Positions 52,213 through 63,300 of a stretch of 64,000 bases of DNA are shown here, piece after piece (position 1 is the first letter of the stretch; every line of letters begins with the position of its first letter). Position numbers and translations under genes: made by a program. The notes beneath the pieces were generated by a model. That model had not been told where the DNA came from, searched no databases, and worked only from the letters and a program-made list of their open reading frames with translations. This stretch comes from Minisyncoccota bacterium (lineage in GTDB: Bacteria > Patescibacteriota > Minisyncoccia > Minisyncoccales > RBG-13-42-11), in NCBI GenBank assembly GCA_028712445.1, contig JAQTPY010000001.1, positions 120,290 to 184,289 of the forward strand. The letters run 5' to 3'.

Positions 52213-52772
52213 AAAAAGGAGGTTTTACTTTAATTGAAATATGTGTTGCTGTAGCTATTTTCTCGTTGGCCATTACAGCTTTGTTTGGTTTTTTAAACCA
52301 AACCACCAAGACCCAGGAAAGATCATTGATAATGGGGCGCATGATAGACAATACATCCTATGTTTTAGAATACATGAGCCGTGCCTTAAGAATGGCAAAA
52401 AAGGATGATTTGGGAGGAGTTAATTGCTTAGTCGGGAATAAGGTAAATTATGAAATTACCCGGGCAGGCCAGGGGATAAAGTTTAGAAACTATAAAGATG
52501 AATGCCAGGAGTTTTTTTTGGAATCAGACAAACTGAAAGAATGGAAAAACACAGGAGGAATTCAGGCAGAGAATTTTTTCACGCCATCGAATATTGAAAT
52601 AGGTGATTTTAAAATAGGACCCTCCGACACCTGGGACCAAAACGACGATCAGCAGCCTCGCGTCACTCTTTATTTAAAGGCCGTATATTCAGAGGGGTAT
52701 TGGTCAAACTCCCCTCTTTTATTAGACGTCCAGACAACTGTTTCTCAGAGGAACTTAGATGTTAGAAGATAA
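52209..52772 (+). CDS. Minor pilin (PilW-like)
   Basis: 187 aa. MKKGG|FTLIEICVAVAIFSL. Overlaps the upstream stop. Confidence 0.7.
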   Translation: MKKGGFTLIEICVAVAIFSLAITALFGFLNQTTKTQERSLIMGRMIDNTSYVLEYMSRALRMAKKDDLGGVNCLVGNKVNYEITRAGQGIKFRNYKDECQEFFLESDKLKEWKNTGGIQAENFFTPSNIEIGDFKIGPSDTWDQNDDQQPRVTLYLKAVYSEGYWSNSPLLLDVQTTVSQRNLDVRR

Positions 52773-53118
52773 AAAAGAAAAACAAAAAGGCACGTCAATA
52801 TTGTTTGCTGTTTTAGTGTTGAGTCTTGTTTTATCTGTCAGTTTTGGCATAGCAAACATTTTAATGTTTCAAATAAAAATATTAAAGGAGGTTGGGCATT
52901 CGGTGGCGGCTTTCTACGCGGCTGACGCAGGGATTGAAAAAGTTTTAATGGAAAGGCATTCTCCTCAGAATCTGGAAGAAAATCTTTCTAATGGCGCAAG
53001 CTTTAGAGTTATTGTGACTGCCGGAGGATCGGGAAATTGTCCTGAAAGTATTAATTTTTGCATAAAATCAATAGGATCTTTCGGGGGAACAAGGAGAGCC
53101 ATAGAAATAAAATATTAA
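52759..53118 (+). CDS. PilX-like small pilus protein
   Basis: 119 aa. N-terminal KGTSILFAVLVLSLVLSVSF hydrophobic helix without the FTLIE motif. Last gene of pilus set 2. Confidence 0.55.
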   Translation: MLEDKKEKQKGTSILFAVLVLSLVLSVSFGIANILMFQIKILKEVGHSVAAFYAADAGIEKVLMERHSPQNLEENLSNGASFRVIVTAGGSGNCPESINFCIKSIGSFGGTRRAIEIKY

Positions 53119-53141
53119 CAGATCGTTCTTCGGTTAAACAG

Positions 53142-53166
53142 AATCCGCTGGTGCGGATTTTTTTGT
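53142..53166 (+). terminator. Rho-independent terminator closing pilus set 2
   Basis: AATCCGC-tggt-GCGGATT followed by TTTTTTGTTTT. Confidence 0.7.
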
Positions 53167-53214
53167 TTTACAGGCAACAATTTATTTATTTTCTGCTATA
53201 ATTAGCAAAAGAGG

Positions 53215-53249
53215 CATGTGCTAGGTCCGACCCCGCACATCCCTTAGTT
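53215..53249 (+). repeat. REP-like hairpin repeat, copy 1
   Basis: CATGTGCTAGGTCCGACCCCGCACATCCCTTAGTT. Stem ATGTGC/GCACAT around TAGGTCCGACCCC. Confidence 0.75.
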
Positions 53250-53269
53250 AATAAGTAATTTGCACTTTA

Positions 53270-53986
53270 ATGAGAAAAAAGAAACAATTTTCAGAAGGTC
53301 ATATATATCACATATACAATCGCGGCGTAGCAAAGAATTTAATTTGCGCAAAAGAAGACGATCTTTGGCGTTTTCTTCAGGGGCTTTGCCTGTTCAACGA
53401 TAAAAACAATGCAGCAAATGTATTATGGAAATTAGCCAGAAGCCGAGGCGAGTTAAATCTAAACATATTAAAAGAATACATTGCAGAGAACAAAAAAGAA
53501 CCCTTGGTGCGCATTCTTGCATACTGTATTATGGATAATCACTTTCATCTGTTGGTTGAGGAAATCCAGGAAGGCGGAATCGTTAGGTTTATGCAGAGGC
53601 TCGGCACGGGGTATGCCCGTTATTTTAACAATAAACACAAAAGAGTCGGCCCTCTTTTTCAAGGCAGATTTAAGACGGTTTTAGTGAAGGAAGACATGCA
53701 TCTTTTATATCTTTTGGCCTACATTAACGTTATTAATCCCGGCCAATTTATTCAGCCCAAACTGAAAGAAGAGGGAGCAAAGGACATAAAGAAGATTTTA
53801 GACGGTGTTGAGAAATATCCCTGGTCAAGTCATCTGGACTATTTGGGAAAAAGGGAGTCAATCATTATCGAGAAGGGATTATTCAGCAAAATGCTGCCCA
53901 CCCCCAAGTATTATCAGGATTTAGTCAGGAACGTTTTGGAGGAGAGGAAATATCAGCAAATTTCCCATCTTGCTATCGAGCAATAA
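53270..53986 (+). CDS. REP-associated tyrosine transposase (IS200/IS605 Y1 HUH family)
   Basis: 238 aa. HIYNRG start, HUH motif HFHLLV, and GYARYFNNKHKRVGPLFQGRFK typical of RAYT/IS200-like transposases. Confidence 0.75.
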   Translation: MRKKKQFSEGHIYHIYNRGVAKNLICAKEDDLWRFLQGLCLFNDKNNAANVLWKLARSRGELNLNILKEYIAENKKEPLVRILAYCIMDNHFHLLVEEIQEGGIVRFMQRLGTGYARYFNNKHKRVGPLFQGRFKTVLVKEDMHLLYLLAYINVINPGQFIQPKLKEEGAKDIKKILDGVEKYPWSSHLDYLGKRESIIIEKGLFSKMLPTPKYYQDLVRNVLEERKYQQISHLAIEQ

Positions 53987-53998
53987 ACATGTGCTGGG

Positions 53999-54033
53999 GA
54001 TGTGCTAGGTCCGACCCCGCACATCCCTTAGTT
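53999..54033 (+). repeat. REP-like hairpin repeat, copy 2
   Basis: GATGTGCTAGGTCCGACCCCGCACATCCCTTAGTT, 34/35 identical to copy 1. Preceded by the partial extra arm CATGTGCTGGG (53988-53998). Confidence 0.75.
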
Positions 54034-54056
54034 TTAAATTCCTAGAGTGGGGGGGA

Positions 54057-56097
<2,041 letters not shown>

Positions 56098-56102
56098 TAT
56101 TT

Positions 56103-57203
56103 ATGCTTTCTGCCTTAAAACGTTTAGACTGGATACTTGTTGGCGCAGCCGTGTTATTGACCGGTTTTGGCCTTTTTTCAGTTTATAGCTCCTCTGCTGA
56201 CGGTGAAATAACTAATTTCTATAAGCAGATTGCTTTTTTGGCAATTGGCTTGTTGGCCATGGTTTTTCTGAGTTTTATTGATTGGAGGGTTTTCCGGGAG
56301 AATTCATACTTGATTTTGTTTCTTTATCTTGCTTGCCTTTTGCTTCTTTTGGGCTTGTTTTTCTGGGCGCCGGAAATCAGGGGAGTTAAGAGTTGGTACA
56401 GATTTGGGCTGTTTTCAGTCGATCCGATAGAGTTTACAAAGATTATTTTGATCATTATACTAGCAAAATATTTCTCAAAAAGGCATGTAGAAATATTTCA
56501 AATAAGGCACATAGTCTTGTCTGGTTTTTATGTTTTCCTGCCCGTTTTTTTAACGTTCTTTCAGCCCAATATGGGTTCAGTGATTATCCTGGTTGCGCTA
56601 TGGATAGGAGTTCTTATTGTTTCTGGAATCAAAATTCCTCACTTTTTAGCTCTTCTCCTGACCGGAATCCTAGTTTTGGCCTTCAGCTGGAGCTTCTTGC
56701 TCAAAGATTACCAGAAAAACAGGATTATTAGCTTTGTGGAGCCCAGTGACCCTCTGGGGCTCAGTTGGAGCCAAAATCAGGCCAAAATAGCCGTAGGGTC
56801 AGGCGGGCTTCTTGGAAAGGGGTTTGGATCCGGTTCCCAGACTCAGTACGGGTTTCTGCCTGAATCCCAGAATGATTTCATATTTGCAGCCATAGCTGAA
56901 GAAACCGGTCTTGCGGGTTGTTTCCTGCTTTTCAGTCTTTTTGCTCTTCTTTTCTGGCGCATTTTCAAAATTCTTCTTTCCTGCCAGAACAATTTTTCCC
57001 GGCTTTTTGCCACGGGTTTTGCAATAATCCTGATTGTTCAGATTTTTATTAATATCGGCATGAATTTAGGGTTAATGCCGATCATTGGAATCTCTTTGCC
57101 TTTTGTCAGTTATGGAGGAAGCGGTTTAATAGCTGTTTTCTGCGCGCTGGGAATTCTTCAAAGCATCAAAATGAGCGGAGCGAATTCTAGCAACAGTGCT
57201 TAA
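56103..57203 (+). CDS. SEDS-family peptidoglycan glycosyltransferase (FtsW/RodA)
   Basis: 366 aa, polytopic. Motifs SVDPIEFTKI, PNMGS, QTQYGFLPE..NDFIFA and PFVSYGGS. Confidence 0.85.
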   Translation: MLSALKRLDWILVGAAVLLTGFGLFSVYSSSADGEITNFYKQIAFLAIGLLAMVFLSFIDWRVFRENSYLILFLYLACLLLLLGLFFWAPEIRGVKSWYRFGLFSVDPIEFTKIILIIILAKYFSKRHVEIFQIRHIVLSGFYVFLPVFLTFFQPNMGSVIILVALWIGVLIVSGIKIPHFLALLLTGILVLAFSWSFLLKDYQKNRIISFVEPSDPLGLSWSQNQAKIAVGSGGLLGKGFGSGSQTQYGFLPESQNDFIFAAIAEETGLAGCFLLFSLFALLFWRIFKILLSCQNNFSRLFATGFAIILIVQIFINIGMNLGLMPIIGISLPFVSYGGSGLIAVFCALGILQSIKMSGANSSNSA

Positions 57204-57243
57204 ATAGGTAAAAAAACCGATACCCGATACCTCTCTGATTTAT

Positions 57244-57275
57244 CCACAGTTTTACCCATTGACTGTGGTTTTTAT
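57244..57275 (+). terminator. Rho-independent terminator after the SEDS gene
   Basis: CCACAGT-tttacccattg-ACTGTGG followed by TTTTTATTT. Confidence 0.6.
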
Positions 57276-57321
57276 TTAAGGGAAAATAACATAATATTTC
57301 ATACATATATCGGGTATCGCT

Positions 57322-60300
57322 ATGGAGGGTAGTTTTAAGGAGTATATATCGCTACAAGAAGCAACAAAATTCTGTAATTATTCTCAGGAGTATTTATCAT
57401 TGAGAGCCCGCAATGGAAAATTAAAAGCCGTAAAATTTGGTCGGAATTGGGTGACGAAAAAAGACTGGCTGGAAGAATATTTATCTAAAGTTGAAGAATA
57501 TAATGGTTCTGTCGGGGCGAATGGCAATTCAAACAATAATCACGTTTTGCAAATTGAAAAAGAAGTCAAAGATTTTTTTCAGAAGAAAGTATCAGCTACT
57601 CCAGAAAATTTACCGACCGAAAATAATTTTGCAAAAATTACATTTTCTTTCCGGAAATATTTTGCTGAAAAATTTCAGACGATATCCTCAGTTGCAATTC
57701 CAAGCATATTAAAACCAAGGATTCTGCAAGGCAGGGTTCTTGCAATATATCTGATGGTTGGATTGCTTTTTGTTGGCAACAGTGTTTTAGGGAAAGAATC
57801 TTTTAAAAATGTATTTAATGATTTTGAACCCTACGTTAATGCTGTCGGTTTAGCCGGGGATCAAATCATTCAGCAATTGGCAGATGATTTTAAAGAAGGA
57901 TATGAGTCGGCTTCCTTGTTAACCTTCGAAATCAATGAAAATTTAAACAAAGGAATTGATGTTGTGAATTTTGAAATTAGAAATCAAAATTCCCAAATGA
58001 GAAATTTAATTGGAGATTCCCTTGCCTTTAATATTTCTCTTCCTAAATTATCTTTCGGTGAAAAGTGGAATATTTTCGGATTAATGAAAGAAGGAGCAGA
58101 TATTATACTGGCAGATGTTTCAAATGGTTTTCAAAAAAGAATAAACAAGGCGAATGATTTTGCTTTCAGTGTGGGGTCGGCGGGAGACATAATTACAGAA
58201 GGATTTAAAAATTTCGTGGTGGGAAATTTTGTAGACAAGAATTACCAAACGGCTGACGTTAATGATGCAGCAAGTTTCAGCCAGGGAAGCACGATAGGAA
58301 ATCTTGCTAAAACCGTAAAAAGAATTCCGACTAATTTTTCTGAAGGATATAGTTTTGTAAACAATGCTTTAGAGGAAAAGATACAGGAGGGTTATAAAAA
58401 AGCAACAGCTCCAATCAATAATCTTTTTAAGGCGATTGTTTCTCCTTGGAGGAAAACCCCCTCAGAAGAATTCGCCTTTGAAGAAAAAAAAGAAGAAATA
58501 AAAGAGGAACCGCAGGAAGATAAAAAGGATCAGCCAAAACAGGTGACACAGGTGACTAATGTTCAGCCCATAAAGGAAATTGTCAGAGAAACAACAGTGA
58601 TTAAGCCGGATGAGGAAAGCATAAAAAAGATATGGTCTGATATTGGTGAAATACAGGCAGATCTTGCCAACCGCCTTTACGCTCCTGGCGGGGTGATCAC
58701 TCAGCAGATATATGTCACCCAGCCCGTGGCTTCCCCCAAGATATATCAGGAGAATGGAGACATAGTTTTGCAGACCGCAGGTTCAGGCAACGTCATTCTT
58801 TCTGCAGCAACCGGAATGCAGATCTCAGGCCAGCAGGTGGTAATTGATTCCACATCTGTGCTGAATCCTTTAATTTACATTGCCGATAAAGCCAAGATTG
58901 CGGGCGATACTGAAATTGAAGGAACAGTGACGGCCCGCGGATTGGTTCTCAGCGCTGCCGGCGGAGCAGGCAAGGTGATAAATGTGATCAGGAGCGGATC
59001 TTCAATGTTTTCTTTAACCGATGATGGCCAGGTTTCTTTGGTTGGAAATTTTTCGCTCTCCACCACTTCAAGCGAAACTGCGCTTTCTATAAATCAATCG
59101 GGCACAGGAAATATAGTTGATATTAAAGACGGCGGCACTTCCGTTCTTTCCATCGCTGATGGAGGTTATGCCACTTTCGCAGTGGCGGCCTCAACCACAC
59201 CTTCATTTTTAATTAAAGAACCTGGCATATCCTGGACAGGAGCTTCTTCAACTTATTTAGCGCTTACGGCCAGCTCTTCTTTTGACGGAAGATTCATTGA
59301 TATCCAGACCGGAGGTTCAAGTGTCTTCTATATCGACGGTTCGGGAAATACAGTTATAGGAGGAACTCTTTCAGTTTCAACCACAACAAGCAGATTTACG
59401 GGAGATATCGTGGTTGAAGGGAATATTACGCCTTCCACTACCACCGTTTATAGTTTGGGATCTTCCGCGTACAACTGGAATAATGTATATACAGCCAATA
59501 TCTTGTCTGCAGCCAATCTCACTTTTTCAGCTTCAAACACAGAAGCAATGAGAATAGATGGCGACACTAATTTTGTCGGTATTGGCACTACCACTCCTTC
59601 TTCCAATCTCGAGATTGCAGATAATGATGCTTCCACCGCTCTCACTCTTACTGTAGCCACAGACTCCGCTCTTTATGACCCAAGCATAATTTTCAGAAAC
59701 GGGGGAACGGTTCCTACAACCAGATTCATTATGGGAGTGGATTCCTCTGCTTTAAATAACTTTAAAATTTCAACATCTTCAATAGGGACAGATGATTTAT
59801 TCGTAATAGACAATATTTCAGGGAATGTGGCCATAGGTTCTTCCACTGCCTCCACTCTTTTCTCTGTGGCCACCTCATCTGACATCTTCAATGTCACCTC
59901 AGGAGGAAGAGTTGGTATTGGCACCAGCACGCCCGATTCCACTTTAGGGGTTTGGGGAACTTCCACTTTCATGGGCGGCAACGTGGGTATAGGAGTCATA
60001 GATCCCACTCATTCTTTGTCTGTTAACGGTAGATTAAGAGTGGATACCACGGGCCATACTTACGTAGGATCAACCACAGCGACGGTTGGTGAAAAAACAA
60101 TGCTTACTGTCCAGGAAGTGGTGAAAATTGCTGACGATGAGGAATATACAGGAATAACGTCTCAGGTATTGGCTCAGAAAACCACAGCTCCTTATTCGGG
60201 AATCGTAATGGGTATTCTGGGGAGGGCTATTTTGTGGGGCGGAAATACCCAGGATTGGACCAGTAGCTTAGGGTTGATTGGTGTGGATGGTGGCATAAAG

Positions 60301-63300
60301 ACGTGGGCGGGGGCTACCGGTACAGTCAGCAATGCGATTTCCCTTCTTGCTCAGGGAGATTTTTCCGCGTCCAACGCAACGGTCACTAATTGGTACGGTC
60401 TTTACATTCAAGGTGCTAGCGGATCAGGTCGCAAGCCGGTCAATGAATACGGAATATATTTACAAGACAGGACCGGCGGCACATCCAACAACTATGCTGT
60501 TTATTCTGTTGGAGGAACCAACTACTTTGGAGGAAAAATGGGTATTGCCACAAGCTCTCCCACAGAAATGCTTTCAATTAAAGCTTCTTCCACCAACGCA
60601 ATCTTAGGTCTCTATTCCTCCTCATCTGCCCCAGTATTATATGTAGCTGAAAACGGCAACATGGTAGTGGGTTCTTCCACTGCCTCCACTCTTTTCTCTG
60701 TGGCCACCTCATCTGACATCTTCAATGTCACAAGCGGAGGCAATGTCGGAATCGGCACCACTTCTCCTGAATACACTCTGTCTGTAGTGGGCAATGTCTA
60801 TGGTTCAGGCAATGCAATTTTTAACCAGAACTTAACTGTTTCTGGAACATCAAGCTTTATAGGAACTAGCACATTCTCAGGCAATGTGGGGATAGGGACA
60901 ACAACTCCTCAAGGAACACTTGATGTTAATGGGAATATAGTGATTAACAAGGTTGGCACGGGTTGGACGAGTGAAATAGGATGGATAAGGGACAATGTTG
61001 AATTGTCCTGGATACAGCTTGACCAAGACAATATAATGTATGTTTATGCCACCAGCGGGCTTAGAATAGTGGCGCCAAGCGGAGAGATAGCCAGGTTTAC
61101 TGAAGACAGGAAGCTCGGTGTCGGCATAACCGGTCCTTCAGAAGTTCTTACTGTTAAAGGATTTTCTACCAATGCCATCTTCGGAGCTTATTCTTCTTCT
61201 TCAGTGCCTGCTATATATGTGGCAGCAAATGGCAACATGGTTGTGGGTTCTTCCACAGCAGCCACATTATTCTCAGTCGCTACTTCATCTGACATATTTA
61301 ACGTGACTTCCGGGGGCAAGGTGGGTATTGGCACCACTTCACCTTCTGAAGCATTAACCATTAATGGAAACATTTACGGCTCGGGCAATGCTGTGTTTAA
61401 AGGAACTCTTGAAGTTAGCACAACTACTATTTTAGCTGACGTTATTGTTAAGGGAAATCTTGTGCCGTACGATGCCGACGATAGCAATTATGTCGGAACC
61501 GGTTCGCCTGAGATCAGGTGGGATTATGGTTATTTTGGCGAAATGAATATTCTGCATTTAGCCGCTGCTTCAACTTCAATCAGCGGAACTGAGTCTCAGA
61601 CATTCACCGTGAACAGTGATGCTGGGGGCGATGAGAATTCTTACTTAGAGTTCTACAGAGGAAATGCTCTTAATTCTGCTGCAATCTCCTGGATTGCCGA
61701 CAGCGACAGATTTTCTTTTAACTTCCCTGTGCGTCTTTCAGCTTCAGGCACAATCTCATCTGCAAACGACATGTATTTTAATGTTGGGGATGCTGACAGA
61801 ATGTTCATTTCAAGCACAACAGGCAATGTGGCTATAGGCACTACTTCTTCAGCCACTCTCTTCTCTGTTGCCACCTCTTCAGACATATTCAATGTCACCT
61901 CAGGAGGCAACGTAGGAATCGGCACCACTTCACCTGCTTACACCCTTTCTGTTGTAGGAAATATCTATGGATCAGGAAACGCAATCTTTGGAGGAACCCT
62001 TACTTCTGCCGGCACTACTTCTTTTGGCACCACCACCATTGCAGGAAACTTGATTCCCTCAACAGATGCTACATATCTCCTGGGTTCTTCCACTGCCAGA
62101 TGGGCAAATCTCTACACCGCCACAGCCACCATTGGAGGAACAATCACCGTTAACTCAACAGACATTGCAGGATCAGGAGCTTTGAACCTAACTGCCGCAA
62201 CCAACTTGACTGCTTCCTCAACCAATGACTTGATATTTGTGACAAATGGGTCTGAAAGAATGAGGATAGATGACGAAACGGGATATATAGGAATGGGAAC
62301 AACGACTCCAAGCTCACCTCTGCACATCATATCTTCGGCTGACAGTATATTAAGGTTGCAGCAGTCAGATACTTCCACCTGGAATTACATTGAGTGGTAC
62401 GATCCCACTTCGAGGCAGTTCTGGACAGGGATAGACGGAACAGGAAACTTTGCATTGAATCCGCAGAGTGGAACAGGCTTGATCATGGCTACCAGCAGCG
62501 AGATCGGAATAGGAACAGGCGCACCTGCAGAAAAACTTGATATCGCAGGAAATGTCAGATTCGGTTCAGCTCCTCCCACTTTCACTGCTTTAAGCGAAGC
62601 AATCTCGGCCACTTCTACTGTGATCCCCGTAAATTCGACCTCCAGCTATCCTTCGAGAGGAACTTTGCTTATTGATTCTGAAGCAATCACTTATACCAGC
62701 ATAGGATCATCTTCATTTATCGGAGCTTCGAGAGGGAAGCTAGGAACCGTATCAGCAGCCCATTCTTCCGGAACAACAGTCAAAAACTACATTTTAACAG
62801 GATTGGGGTATAGCCAAAGCTATCCTAAATTCGTAGTTTTAGGAGATGGGAGCTTGGCTATTTCGACTTCCACGCCTTTAGAAAGTCTTACTGTTTGGGG
62901 AGGGCTTTATGTCGGGACTTCCACGGTTCCTAATTTATATGTGGCTTCAACTTCAGGCAACGTAGGAATCGGCACCACTTCACCTGCTTACACCCTTTCT
63001 GTTGTAGGAAATATCTATGGATCAGGAAACGCAATCTTTGGAGGAACCCTTACTTCTGCCGGCACTACTTCTTTTGGCACCACCACCATTGCAGGAAACT
63101 TGATTCCTTCAACAGATGCTACATATATACTGGGATCTTCCACAAACAGATGGGCAAATCTCTACACCGCCACAGCCACCATTGGAGGAACTATCACCGT
63201 TAACTCAACTGATATTGCAGGATCAGGAGCTTTGAACCTAACTGCCGCAACCAACTTGACTGCTTCCTCAACCAATGACTTGATATTTGTGACAAATGGG

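Noticed and set aside
57240-57248. Perfect DnaA-box consensus TTATCCACA, as a possible oriC.
   Set aside because: It is a single box embedded in the terminator hairpin stem (CCACAGT/ACTGTGG). There is no cluster of boxes, no adjacent AT-rich unwinding element pattern, and no dnaA/dnaN nearby.
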